IMG/VR virus record: IMGVR_UViG_3300028414_000637
DNA: 64,000 bases
DNA from: an uncultured virus (IMG/VR IMGVR_UViG_3300028414_000637)
Taxonomy: Duplodnaviria; Heunggongvirae; Uroviricota; Caudoviricetes
Strand: one strand, 5' to 3'
Shown here: positions 30,883 to 40,466 of the stretch, piece after piece
How the letters are laid out: each line of letters begins with the position of its first letter
Position numbering within the stretch: position 1 is the stretch's first letter
The notes under the pieces: model-generated
Database searches by the model: none
The model's input: only the letters and a program-made list of their open reading frames with translations
What the model was told of the DNA's origin: nothing
Translations under genes and position numbers: made by a program

Positions 30883-31209
30883 ATGAATGTAGAAGAAACA
30901 AAAAATAAGATTATAGAAAATCTCAAAGGTGTGCATGACCCTGAAATGGGGTGTGATGTATATAATCTAGGACTGATATATGATGTAGTAGTAGGAACAG
31001 GTTACTGCGATATCACTATGAGTTTGACAAGTGCATTCTGTCCAGCGGCAGATATCATTGTACAAGATGTGAAGGATGCGGCAACGGCGGTAGATGGTAT
31101 TAATGACTGTAAAGTAGAAGTCACATTTAATCCAGCTTGGACGCCAGAAAGATTAACAGAAGATGGCCATGCATATTTAAATTATATGTATTCGGATTAT
31201 ATGGATTAA
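30883..31209 (+). CDS. DUF59/SufT/PaaD-like Fe-S assembly protein
   Basis: L..V.DPE, ..LGLIY, M.LT...CP.A, F.P.WT. Confidence 0.88.
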   Translation: MNVEETKNKIIENLKGVHDPEMGCDVYNLGLIYDVVVGTGYCDITMSLTSAFCPAADIIVQDVKDAATAVDGINDCKVEVTFNPAWTPERLTEDGHAYLNYMYSDYMD

Positions 31210-31212
31210 TAG

Positions 31213-32658
31213 ATGAAAGAATGTATCATTAAAATCAAGGATGAAGTAAACATTAAATTAGAAGGACTCGACCCGGCTACTCGTAGGAAGTGTTCTGACA
31301 AGTTAAAGTTTTTCTTGCCACATGCGTATCATATGCCAGCATTTAAATTAGGACGTTGGGATGGTACAGTGAGGTTCTGCGATGTTGGTGGTAGAACATT
31401 TTTAAATTTACTTGATGATGTATTGCCAGTTATAATGGACAATGGGTATGAAGTAAAAATTGAAGATAACAGAGAAACGCACTCTTTGGAATTCACAAAA
31501 GTATCGGAAGATTATTGGGGTGATACTGTATGGCCAACTGGACATGTAGCAGAGGGCGAAAACATCATTTTAAGAGACTATCAGGTAGATATTGTCAATA
31601 AGTTCATAGAGTATCCACAATGCTTACAAGAGGTCGCCACAGGCGCAGGAAAGACTATTATAACAGCCACTTTATCTAAGATAGTAGAAATTTATGGTCG
31701 TAGTATTGTGATTGTACCAAATAAGGATTTGGTAAGGCAAACATTTGAAGATTATGAAAACTGTGGATTGGACGTGGGTGTGTATTTTGGTGATAAGAAA
31801 GATATAGGAAAAACGCACACAATCTGTACTTGGCAAAGTTTGAATTCGCTATTGAAAAAATCTAAAAAAGGTGAAGCGAATATACAGGAATTTATTGAAG
31901 ACGTAATCTGTGTTATGGTCGATGAGGTTCATCAGGCAAAGGCAGATGTACTCAAAGAATTACTAACTGGTGTATTTTCGAATGTTCCTATTCGTTGGGG
32001 CTTGACTGGAACTATACCAAAGAGTGATTGGGAATCAGCTTCATTGAGAAGTTCATTGGGACAAGTTATCAATAAACTAGCGGCCAAAGAGTTACAAGAC
32101 CAAGGGGTACTTGCTAAGTGTCATGTTAATATTGTACAAACGTGCGAAACAGCAGAGTATGGTGACTATCAAAGCGAACTAAAGTTTTTATTAGAAGATA
32201 AAAAACGTATGCAGTATGTGGCAAATATGATTAAGGATATATCTAAATCAGGCAATACATTAGTTTTAACTGGTAGAATTAGTAACGGAAATATGTTACA
32301 AGAACTATTAGATGGTTCTGAATTCGTTCAGGGATCAATGAAAGTAGTTGATAGAAAAGATGCATATGATGAAATTAATCAAGCAACAAATTCAATAACT
32401 ATTGCGACTTACGGTGTCGCCGCGGTGGGAATTAATATTCCAAGAATATTCAATCTGGTATTGCTTGAACCAGGCAAAAGTTTTGTACGTGTAATACAGT
32501 CTATAGGACGAGGCGTGCGTATTGCAAAAGATAAAGACTTTGTGAATGTTTGGGATGTAACAAGTAGATGTAAATTCAGTAGACGCCATTTAACAGAACG
32601 TAAAAAATATTATAAGGATGCAGAGTATCCTTTTACAATAGATAAGGTAAATTATTAA
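31213..32658 (+). CDS. uvsW: SF2 helicase UvsW-like
   Basis: WDG.V, LRDYQ, ATGAGKT, DEVH, GLTGT, G.NIP, QSIGRG.R. Confidence 0.9.
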   Translation: MKECIIKIKDEVNIKLEGLDPATRRKCSDKLKFFLPHAYHMPAFKLGRWDGTVRFCDVGGRTFLNLLDDVLPVIMDNGYEVKIEDNRETHSLEFTKVSEDYWGDTVWPTGHVAEGENIILRDYQVDIVNKFIEYPQCLQEVATGAGKTIITATLSKIVEIYGRSIVIVPNKDLVRQTFEDYENCGLDVGVYFGDKKDIGKTHTICTWQSLNSLLKKSKKGEANIQEFIEDVICVMVDEVHQAKADVLKELLTGVFSNVPIRWGLTGTIPKSDWESASLRSSLGQVINKLAAKELQDQGVLAKCHVNIVQTCETAEYGDYQSELKFLLEDKKRMQYVANMIKDISKSGNTLVLTGRISNGNMLQELLDGSEFVQGSMKVVDRKDAYDEINQATNSITIATYGVAAVGINIPRIFNLVLLEPGKSFVRVIQSIGRGVRIAKDKDFVNVWDVTSRCKFSRRHLTERKKYYKDAEYPFTIDKVNY

Positions 32659-33161
32659 TGAAAATTTTAACACCAGAAAATCACTGTTATGAAATGAACA
32701 GTCTACCAGAAAATGAAATTGAAGACATAAGATATTGCGTAATGGATGTAACAGATAAGAATGAACCAGACTTCTTTTTTATTCCATTAGTGTTTATTGA
32801 AACATTTAACGCACCTAGTATTAACTTAAGTATCGGCCCTTGGACAATAGAAATGCCAATAGATTGGAATATTTTAATTGGAGATCCTGACTTAGGACAA
32901 TTAGAATTTATTCCATTGACAAGTATTAATGAAAGATCCTTTCAAACTATCTTGACAAATCCTCTCGCAGGCTTTACAATGGGGTGGGAAGACATTAAAG
33001 TTAACAACGTATTTGCAGATGTAAAATGGTTTTTTCCAAAACTAAAATATGGACATATATTAGTTATACCATTAGAGCATGGTCCTAAACCAAAGTGTGC
33101 ATATTTCGTTAAAGACTTAAATAGAATTCCAGACGTATTAAACAGTTATGATTTTTTCTAA
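32658..33161 (+). CDS. Hypothetical protein, possibly a degenerate Hint-like fold
   Basis: Coupled to uvsW; beta-rich pattern. Confidence 0.55.
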   Translation: MKILTPENHCYEMNSLPENEIEDIRYCVMDVTDKNEPDFFFIPLVFIETFNAPSINLSIGPWTIEMPIDWNILIGDPDLGQLEFIPLTSINERSFQTILTNPLAGFTMGWEDIKVNNVFADVKWFFPKLKYGHILVIPLEHGPKPKCAYFVKDLNRIPDVLNSYDFF

Positions 33162-33170
33162 GGAGTAAAA

Positions 33171-33653
33171 ATGGCAGACAAAATACCACTAAAGGATATG
33201 CTCAGTGCGATGGATCGCAGAGACTTTGATTGGTATTCCAACCTTGCGGATGAACAAAAGAAGACGTTTTCAAGCTGGTTGTTTCTTAGATATGCAAGTA
33301 GTGCCAAAGGAAAAGACAAAGATGAAGTGTTACTTAATACAAATGAATTTGTAAATAAGAATTACACAGATTTATATAAGCATGAAGATTTGATGTGGAA
33401 GTTATTTTGTTTAACATCAACTGGCAAAAAACAATTTCATGAATATATCAAACCACCAAATTCTCGTATTAAGAAAGATACAGTTACCCAGTTTATAGCA
33501 CAAACATACCCTCATATGAAAGGCGATGAAATTGAATTGTTTAGACAGTTGAATTCTGATGATGATATAAAACAAATGGCAAGAGATACTGGAATGAGCG
33601 ATAAAGAGTTTGAAGACATTTTTGGTAAAACTAAAAAAAGGAAAAAGAAATGA
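33171..33653 (+). CDS. Clamp loader small subunit (gp62-like)
   Basis: F..W...RY.S, NE..N, K.FH.YIK pattern. Confidence 0.6.
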   Translation: MADKIPLKDMLSAMDRRDFDWYSNLADEQKKTFSSWLFLRYASSAKGKDKDEVLLNTNEFVNKNYTDLYKHEDLMWKLFCLTSTGKKQFHEYIKPPNSRIKKDTVTQFIAQTYPHMKGDEIELFRQLNSDDDIKQMARDTGMSDKEFEDIFGKTKKRKKK

Positions 33654-33820
33654 CAAATGATGAATTAGTAAACACAATTAGAGTATTACAAAAAGAAATT
33701 GGCATACTGCAAGAAAGAATTCAACCAACAGCGACCGGACATCTACATACTACTATTGGTGTATTAGAAGATAGAGTAGAAGAACTTGTAAATGCAGTGA
33801 AAGGCGTGAGCGATGAGTGA
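33650..33820 (+). CDS. Small hypothetical protein (56 aa, not in ORF track)
   Basis: MTNDELVNTIRVLQKEI...TGHLHTTIGVLEDRVEEL; overlaps neighbours' start and stop codons. Confidence 0.5.
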   Translation: MTNDELVNTIRVLQKEIGILQERIQPTATGHLHTTIGVLEDRVEELVNAVKGVSDE

Positions 33821-34301
33821 AGAAGTAACTGAAATTAAAGTAGGCGGCTCATATGATATTAATGCTTATTTTAAGAAAAGTCTAACAGAGATTGAAATGT
33901 TTAGACATGAAAGTGGAAAAGCACTTAACACAGAAATATTGTGGCGTAATGGTACATTTAGAATTACTATAACAAACGAAGAAGAATGCGAATACTTACA
34001 ATCGTCTTTAGGCGAAGATGGTGAGATATGGGATTTCGAAGATTATGAAAATATCGAAATGATTGACTCATTTGATGGTTGTGCAGAAGACTTTGTTTTT
34101 TATGGAAGTGGCGATAACGCATGGTCTGATGAAGATAAAGAAAAACTAGAAGAAGACTATGATGCTCAATTGGAAAGCGAAGAATGGCAATCCCGATATG
34201 AGTTTTTAGAAGAAAAAGGTTATGAGTCACAGGGTTGCAATTGGCAAATCCATGGCGGTGTGCAAGCCGTTGAAGCAGACGGAGAAGCCAATAGCTATTA
34301 A
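33813..34301 (+). CDS. Acidic hypothetical protein
   Basis: ORF track. Confidence 0.6.
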   Translation: MSEEVTEIKVGGSYDINAYFKKSLTEIEMFRHESGKALNTEILWRNGTFRITITNEEECEYLQSSLGEDGEIWDFEDYENIEMIDSFDGCAEDFVFYGSGDNAWSDEDKEKLEEDYDAQLESEEWQSRYEFLEEKGYESQGCNWQIHGGVQAVEADGEANSY

Positions 34302-34308
34302 ACCGAAC

Positions 34309-34385
34309 GGACCCGTAGTTCAGCTGGATAGAATGCCTGTCTACGAAACAGGAGGTCAGAGGTTCGAATCCTCTCGGGTCCGCCA
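34309..34385 (+). tRNA. tRNA-Arg (anticodon ACG)
   Basis: GGACCCG/CGGGTCC acceptor stem, CCTGT-CTACGAA-ACAGG anticodon arm, GGTTCGAATCC T-arm, encoded CCA. Confidence 0.95.
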
Positions 34386-34401
34386 GAAAGAGTAATGATA
34401 G

Positions 34402-35076
34402 ATGTTTGAATGTAAATTTTGTAATAGAAGTTTTAAGAGGGAGAAAACTCTTATCGCTCATATGTGCGAACAAAAAAGAAGATTTACAAATAAGGATTCT
34501 AAGTATGTTAGATTAGGATTTTTAGCTTATAACAGATTTTACGAAATATCACAGGCTGTGGGTAGCAAGAAAAGAACATATGAATCTTTTGCAAAGAGTA
34601 GTTACTATACTGCATTTACAAAATTTGGTAAATATATTATAGACGTAAATGCAATAGACCCAGAAAAGTTTATAGATTTTGTTATAACAAGTGGAGTCAA
34701 GTTAGATAAATGGTGCTCTGATGCAGTGTATGAGACATACATTAGAGAACTAAATAAGAAAGAGACTGCCGAACGTGCAGTTGAAAGAGGCATTTTATTG
34801 ATGCAACAATGGGGAATGGAAAATGATAGACCGTATAATGTATTCTTTAGGGAGATTAGTAAGCCACGTGCTATACACTGGATCAAATCAGGACGCATTA
34901 GCCCTTGGATTATTTTTAATTCTGCTTCTGGTTCTGAACTTTTAAATAGTTTTAATGACCATGAGTTGAATTTGATTAATGAATATCTTGAACCTACATT
35001 TTGGTCAAGAAAATTTCAAGTTAGGAACGAAGATGTTCTTTTTGTAAAACAAGTTTTGGAGACAGCAAAAATATGA
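34402..35076 (+). CDS. Hypothetical protein with N-terminal zinc finger
   Basis: F.CKFC...F.....L..H.C. Confidence 0.7.
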   Translation: MFECKFCNRSFKREKTLIAHMCEQKRRFTNKDSKYVRLGFLAYNRFYEISQAVGSKKRTYESFAKSSYYTAFTKFGKYIIDVNAIDPEKFIDFVITSGVKLDKWCSDAVYETYIRELNKKETAERAVERGILLMQQWGMENDRPYNVFFREISKPRAIHWIKSGRISPWIIFNSASGSELLNSFNDHELNLINEYLEPTFWSRKFQVRNEDVLFVKQVLETAKI

Positions 35077-35237
35077 ACCCAAAAGATGAATTACTATTTA
35101 AAAAAATAGATAGTTTGAAAGATACCTTAGACCAAACTAATAGGACACTAAAGGTCTTGCAGTCGCAAGTGATGGATCTATTAGAACAAAACAAACGTTA
35201 TGAAAAGCGTTTAAAGTTTTTAGAAGGGAAACGGTAA
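35073..35237 (+). CDS. Small coiled-coil protein (54 aa, not in ORF track)
   Basis: Heptad pattern; ATGA and TAATG overlaps with neighbours. Confidence 0.5.
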   Translation: MNPKDELLFKKIDSLKDTLDQTNRTLKVLQSQVMDLLEQNKRYEKRLKFLEGKR

Positions 35238-35434
35238 TGGCAACTAAAAAAGTATCACATGCAACATCAAGAGTGGTAGAAATACAAGAAGACCCTGACA
35301 CAAAAGAATGTTATTTTGTATTACCACAAGATGTTATCAAAAGTTTAGGCTGGAGCGATGAAGATGAGTTGGAATGGATAGAAAATTCTGATGGCAGTTG
35401 GTCGTTAAGAAAAGTCGAGGAAAAAAATGAATGA
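35237..35434 (+). CDS. AbrB/MazE/SpoVT-like small protein
   Basis: LP..V...LGW...D.L.W......W.L.K. Confidence 0.7.
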   Translation: MATKKVSHATSRVVEIQEDPDTKECYFVLPQDVIKSLGWSDEDELEWIENSDGSWSLRKVEEKNE

Positions 35435-35939
35435 TAAAAAATATATTTATGAAAGTCCAGATGGAGGCAAAACTGTGACTAGAAGAATTAGTGGAAGTAT
35501 GGAAAAAGAATTACTGGAAGAATTTGACGAAATACAAACTTGGAAAAAAGAAGAATTAGAAAGACAAAGAGTCGATGAAGATTTTATATTAAGCGATTCT
35601 ACTTTTGATTTGACAGTTACATCGACTTCTCCAACTACTGTCACGTTGCCAGATTATACATATAGTAGTTCACCTTCTAGTTTGACACTAGGCGGAAGTG
35701 GGTACACGTTTGAAGATGTAGATCCAGATTTGCATGTGACAGTTAATGGCAAAGAAAGAAAAATGAGCGAAGTCATTGAACAAGTAGATGATATTTCAAA
35801 AAGATTAAAAGTTTTACAAAAGCCTGATGAAAAGACTTTAGAAAAATATAAAGTACTTGCAGATATATATGAGCAATATAAAATCGCAGATGCATTTTTG
35901 AATTCACCAGGACCGGAGGATGAAGATGAAGAAGATTAA
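35427..35939 (+). CDS. Hypothetical protein
   Basis: IYESPDGGKTV.RR N-terminus; Ser/Thr-rich middle. Confidence 0.6.
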   Translation: MNDKKYIYESPDGGKTVTRRISGSMEKELLEEFDEIQTWKKEELERQRVDEDFILSDSTFDLTVTSTSPTTVTLPDYTYSSSPSSLTLGGSGYTFEDVDPDLHVTVNGKERKMSEVIEQVDDISKRLKVLQKPDEKTLEKYKVLADIYEQYKIADAFLNSPGPEDEDEED

Positions 35940-36426
35940 TTATGATTGGTCTAAAGTAGAAAAAGGCATTCAACACATTGCAATGCAAATGTATGAAAGT
36001 GAATGGAGACCTGATTATATTGTTGGTATAACACGTGGTGGGTTAGTACCAGCGGTTATGTTATCTCATATGACTAACATTCCAATGCATACACTTTCAA
36101 TACAACTTGGTGCAGATGGACTTGAAGAAAATACAGAAAGTAATTGCTGGATGGCAGAAGATGCCTTTGGTTACAAAGATAAGCAAAAAAACATATTAGT
36201 TATTGACGATATCAATCGTGGCGGTGATGCTCTTGCATGGCTCATGAATGATTGGAAAGCTGGTTGCTTACCTAACGATACGTTAACTTGGGAAAACATT
36301 TGGCACGATAATGTTAAGTTTGCATCACTTATTATGGATCCAAATTCTATTGTAGATACTGATTATTATTATGAAGAACTATACTCAGAAGATGACAATT
36401 GGATAACATTTCCTTGGGAAACATGA
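35920..36426 (+). CDS. Type I phosphoribosyltransferase (purine PRT-like)
   Basis: PDYIVGITRGGLVPA..LSH, ILVIDDI..GG, WI.FPWE. Confidence 0.9.
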   Translation: MKMKKINYDWSKVEKGIQHIAMQMYESEWRPDYIVGITRGGLVPAVMLSHMTNIPMHTLSIQLGADGLEENTESNCWMAEDAFGYKDKQKNILVIDDINRGGDALAWLMNDWKAGCLPNDTLTWENIWHDNVKFASLIMDPNSIVDTDYYYEELYSEDDNWITFPWET

Positions 36427-37208
36427 AACACCATATACCAAAAAAATTAAATCAACAAACACACTTATTAGAATATTTCGCTGGAACTTATGGTGATTAC
36501 TTATCTGGTATAATTTCTTACTCTGTTAAAGGTTATTATGATAACTATGCCACTATGGATGAACATGATAGATATTGGGAAACAGATAAAGCAATAGTAA
36601 GAAGAAATAGATATGCGTTAGGCCTAAGAGGAAACGGATATGAACATGTTGAAAACTATACAGACTATATGCTATCGCATAAAATATGGTTAGATTTTCA
36701 ACCTCATTTTGATTCACTTTCACCAACTAAGGTATTGTTTAATACACATCCTAGATTGATACTAGATTCACCTTATGATAACCCTGAAATCTATAGAACA
36801 ATAACGAATAAATTTAATAGTACACATACCAAGTTTCTGTCTATTTCTTTAGATTTTAATTCTATGTTTAAAGTTGCATGTAATGAATATTATACTAGTA
36901 GGATGCACGAAGAAGACGATGATGCTCTCAGGGCGTTTTATGGCGTCTTCAAGGCGCAAGTAGACAAGCAAAAGGGTGCGTTAATATGTATCCCAAAAGA
37001 TAAACTTTTCGTAGTAAATGATATTGATAATTTATCACCTAAAGATATATCTATATACGGTGATGTTGATAGAGAAAGATTTATACATTACCAAGATTTA
37101 TATAATCTGCATAAAATGGATTTATTGAATTGGTATACTCAACGTTTACTAAAGAAGACACGTATTAGCAGACCAGATTTTATAAAGAGTCTGGAAGATT
37201 ATATATAA
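36423..37208 (+). CDS. Hypothetical protein
   Basis: Y..G..GD motif shared with 43139..43900. Confidence 0.55.
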   Translation: MKHHIPKKLNQQTHLLEYFAGTYGDYLSGIISYSVKGYYDNYATMDEHDRYWETDKAIVRRNRYALGLRGNGYEHVENYTDYMLSHKIWLDFQPHFDSLSPTKVLFNTHPRLILDSPYDNPEIYRTITNKFNSTHTKFLSISLDFNSMFKVACNEYYTSRMHEEDDDALRAFYGVFKAQVDKQKGALICIPKDKLFVVNDIDNLSPKDISIYGDVDRERFIHYQDLYNLHKMDLLNWYTQRLLKKTRISRPDFIKSLEDYI

Positions 37209-38211
37209 AATCTTTAAGTATTTTTCTATCTACATACGGTCTTATGTTATGATTTTGATGGTCTGATATCTTATAATCGATTTCTGTAACACACAAATTT
37301 TCAAAATCAAACTGTTTTACATAATCTGTAAACCCACTGTAATCGGTATCATATTTTCCATATAGGTAATCTACTTTTATATTAGGATATCCGCCTAGAT
37401 ATCTATATGGGTCTAGTGTCTTATTATTAATATCTAACTTTTTAAACCCCCAACATTTTACTAAATGCATCATTGCAACATCTAACATTATTAAGTTTTG
37501 GTCCTTAAGATGTTCTGGTCTATTATGCCATTTCATATATGATTTAATCCAAGGAGAATGCTCCCATGAATATGTTGTTTGTCCGCCTGTAGTTAGTACA
37601 TTTGTTACAATATCACTTAATTCATATGCTATACTTACGGCACTACCGGCATGTTTTGAATCTGCATATATTATAACATGTCTGTATTTCTTTTTGATAA
37701 ACTCTCTTATTTGATTACACATTTTTTCTTGTGTATTATTTTTATCACTACATCCTAACACCATTGCACTAGGGTATAAAGATTCAGGAAACCGTAATGG
37801 ATCCTCATTTACAATTAATAAATCTGTATCGAGGTTATATATTTTATCACTCACATTTGTTAATGAACTTGTAAGTCTGCCATCATGTCCGGCATAGCTT
37901 GTTAGATTGATAATAAGTTTATCGAAGTCTTTGTCTGTTTTCTTCCAGCACATTGTAAAGTCTTCACTCACATTTTCGTACTTATCATCATCATATCTAT
38001 ATACTTTTTTAGAGTTTGAATGCCAACTTCCTGTTAGCGCCTTTTCAAGCCATAGTTCTTCTACCTCTTTTCTATATATTTTGGTATAAATATCACTACT
38101 TTCTATATTGCGTAAATTTAGATATTTTATATACAATATCTTTTCATGCAAGAAGTGAAGGTCTATTTCATTATTTAAATCGATATCTAAATCTAATAAC
38201 TTAATTTTCAT
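37180..38211 (-). CDS. Hypothetical protein, weakly alpha/beta-hydrolase-like
   Basis: 343-aa ORF with minus-strand GATAAATA at 38238-38245; IYADSKHAG nucleophile-elbow-like segment. Confidence 0.55.
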   Translation of the reverse strand: MKIKLLDLDIDLNNEIDLHFLHEKILYIKYLNLRNIESSDIYTKIYRKEVEELWLEKALTGSWHSNSKKVYRYDDDKYENVSEDFTMCWKKTDKDFDKLIINLTSYAGHDGRLTSSLTNVSDKIYNLDTDLLIVNEDPLRFPESLYPSAMVLGCSDKNNTQEKMCNQIREFIKKKYRHVIIYADSKHAGSAVSIAYELSDIVTNVLTTGGQTTYSWEHSPWIKSYMKWHNRPEHLKDQNLIMLDVAMMHLVKCWGFKKLDINNKTLDPYRYLGGYPNIKVDYLYGKYDTDYSGFTDYVKQFDFENLCVTEIDYKISDHQNHNIRPYVDRKILKDFIYNLPDSL

Positions 38212-38296
38212 TGTAAACTTTCATAATATTATATACGTATTTATCTATTGACAAATCGTATATAATCGTATATAATCAGATATATATCTAGGAGAA

Positions 38297-38617
38297 ATGC
38301 CTATGGCAGAATATGGCGAACTTATGCGACATTCTAATGTCAAGAAACGACTTGAAAGACTTAGAAAATTGCAGAATAAAGTAAAGAACTTAAGAAGGTT
38401 CCATAGTGATTTTGAAAACAAAGAGTTTTTAGAATGGACTGCTATGTCTCATGATGATATAAATTATGATAAATTATTAGTTGAAGGTGCTGGACACGTG
38501 ACACAATTAGTAGATTGGTGCAATACGCATTGCAAGGATTTTTATGTTGCTTATCAAGGAAAATTGTATTTTAAAAATGATACTGATGCGGCATACTTTA
38601 CAATGGTATGGAAATAG
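38297..38617 (+). CDS. Hypothetical protein
   Basis: AGGAG SD; sigma70-like promoter at 38248. Confidence 0.6.
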   Translation: MPMAEYGELMRHSNVKKRLERLRKLQNKVKNLRRFHSDFENKEFLEWTAMSHDDINYDKLLVEGAGHVTQLVDWCNTHCKDFYVAYQGKLYFKNDTDAAYFTMVWK

Positions 38618-38631
38618 TGTATACTAAAAAT

Positions 38632-39222
38632 ATGAATAAGGTAGAAACAGATATAGATATTGATGTAATTGACCGTGACACAGTCCTTACACATTTTCGA
38701 CACATAACGGCTAGTATCAAAAAAGGTGATAACTGGACAAAGCATAATAGTGGTGTATATCTACAACCTATTCCATATGATCCTATTTCTGGGTTATCTA
38801 GTTTAGAATATAAAGAAGCTGAAAAACGTGGATATTTTAAGTTAGATTTTCTTAACAATAGTTTGTATGATGGTATACGTGATGAAGCACACCTTGACAG
38901 TCTTATTGATAAGGAGCCTTTGTGGGATTTGTTACAACATGCGGATGTTGTTAAGAACTTAGCACACGTTCATAATCATATAGATGTTTTAAAAGTGATG
39001 AAGCCTCAAACTATAATGGAACTAGCAGAAGTTCTAGCTGTAATTAGACCCGCTAAGAGGCACTTGCTCAACGAAAGTAAGTCCAAGATTTCTGAATTAG
39101 TTTGGCAAAAGCCAGAAGATGGTACTTACTATTTTAAAAAAGCACATGCGATTGCATATGCAGTAAGTATTGTGGTTCAGCTTAATCTATTTTGCGAACA
39201 AGTTGAACAGAACGCCTCTTAA
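38632..39222 (+). CDS. Miniature DNA polymerase III alpha (DnaE/C-family)-like nucleotidyltransferase
   Basis: TDIDID, KHNSGVY, GYFKLDFL, P....L...LA.IRP, YYFKKAHAIAY in DnaE order. Confidence 0.8.
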   Translation: MNKVETDIDIDVIDRDTVLTHFRHITASIKKGDNWTKHNSGVYLQPIPYDPISGLSSLEYKEAEKRGYFKLDFLNNSLYDGIRDEAHLDSLIDKEPLWDLLQHADVVKNLAHVHNHIDVLKVMKPQTIMELAEVLAVIRPAKRHLLNESKSKISELVWQKPEDGTYYFKKAHAIAYAVSIVVQLNLFCEQVEQNAS

Positions 39223-39571
39223 TACGTTTCTGTATAATATTTGACAAGCTAGTTTCTGGTCCCCACAAAACAGTAACGTCTTTTGAATTACAATTTAAAA
39301 TCCAATTCTTGTAAGTTGCAATTTGAGTGCCTAAAAATAAATTAATCGGCATAAGTCTATTTGACTCCCACCACCATTGTTCTCCTAATTCTACGAACTT
39401 CTTTCTTAATTCAGGTGTTGGTATCGCCTCGAAATTGTACATCGAAGTTATGACCTGGTCTGAATTTATAATTATTCCAAGATACTCTTTATATTCTTTT
39501 TTATTTCCATATCGTACATATGAGAAAAAAGGATAATTTTCTTGCATCCATTGTTGTTTTTCATTGTCCAT
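39182..39571 (-). CDS. Hypothetical protein convergent with mini-DnaE
   Basis: ~130-aa ORF; YPF, EY.GII.N, LGE.WWWESNR..PIN.FL. Confidence 0.65.
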   Translation of the reverse strand: MDNEKQQWMQENYPFFSYVRYGNKKEYKEYLGIIINSDQVITSMYNFEAIPTPELRKKFVELGEQWWWESNRLMPINLFLGTQIATYKNWILNCNSKDVTVLWGPETSLSNIIQKRIKRRSVQLVRKID

Positions 39572-39623
39572 CACATATATTTAGCAAAGTTAGGAAAATG
39601 ACTTCTGGGTGATAAATACATAC

Positions 39624-40424
39624 ATGATGAACTTTAACCTGTTTCAATACGATAGAGATATAGAAATTACTTGTGCAGATGGTAACAACACAGGTAATAT
39701 GACAACTTACCTGAGGAATATGCCAATGTATGATGGACAACACAAACTACATAAGGGTATTGATAATACTCTTAGATTTACGATAAAAGATACCGATAGA
39801 AAATCTATCGACTTAACTAATAAAACTATAATATGGAAAATGTACGATAGAGAATCGAGAGAGAACGTACTATTCAAATACCTTACAGTTACCAATGCTA
39901 CCAAAGGTATGGCATCCTTAGTTATACATACAGCGGATACGATTATGCTACCTCAGGGCTATTATCAATTTGCTATGTACACAGTAGAGAATGGCGTAGA
40001 ACAAATTATATATACCGATACTTACGATAATGCTAAAGGCGTTATTGAAGTAGTGGATGATGTATATCCAGAATTTGTTGACTCACAGGAATCTGAAATA
40101 TTTTTTAATGATGGCTCTTACTTTATTTCAACTGCTTTTGATGGCTCATCCAAAACATCAAAATCAAAATCAATTCATACTATAGCCTTATATTTTGACA
40201 ATTTTTCTGGAACTGTTAATTTACAAGGCGATTTAAGTGAACAACCTAGTTCGGCACAAACAGATTGGTTTAATATCAATCCAAAGCTATTTTCAAATCC
40301 AGATATCACGGTTAATAATGAGACTGGCGTACAAGCATATGTACTTGAAGCAAACGTAAATTGGATAAGAATTCGTTACACTGCGACTAACGGATCCATA
40401 AAAAAAGTTCTATTAAGAAACTAA
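39624..40424 (+). CDS. Putative virion/baseplate Ig-like (BppU-like) protein
   Basis: Late promoter; beta-rich; KG.DN.L.F, L..G.Y.F. Confidence 0.5.
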   Translation: MMNFNLFQYDRDIEITCADGNNTGNMTTYLRNMPMYDGQHKLHKGIDNTLRFTIKDTDRKSIDLTNKTIIWKMYDRESRENVLFKYLTVTNATKGMASLVIHTADTIMLPQGYYQFAMYTVENGVEQIIYTDTYDNAKGVIEVVDDVYPEFVDSQESEIFFNDGSYFISTAFDGSSKTSKSKSIHTIALYFDNFSGTVNLQGDLSEQPSSAQTDWFNINPKLFSNPDITVNNETGVQAYVLEANVNWIRIRYTATNGSIKKVLLRN

Positions 40425-40466
40425 TAATCACTTGACTTTCTGGTCCTAGTTTGTTATTATACTAGT

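Noticed and set aside
34309..34385. tRNA as a prophage attachment site
   Set aside because: No integrase, no duplicated tRNA 3' end, and phage genes continue on both sides.
35237..35434. AbrB/MazE-like gene as part of a toxin-antitoxin pair
   Set aside because: Neither neighbour resembles MazF, VapC or another toxin I recognise.
38254..38277. Tandem repeat AATCGTATAT x2.4
   Set aside because: Short, lies within a sigma70-like promoter spacer and -10; no evidence of an array or origin.
38608..39222. Mini-DnaE as a pseudogene fragment
   Set aside because: Distant motifs are joined in one open frame with all catalytic Asp retained and a dedicated promoter, which is not the pattern of random decay.
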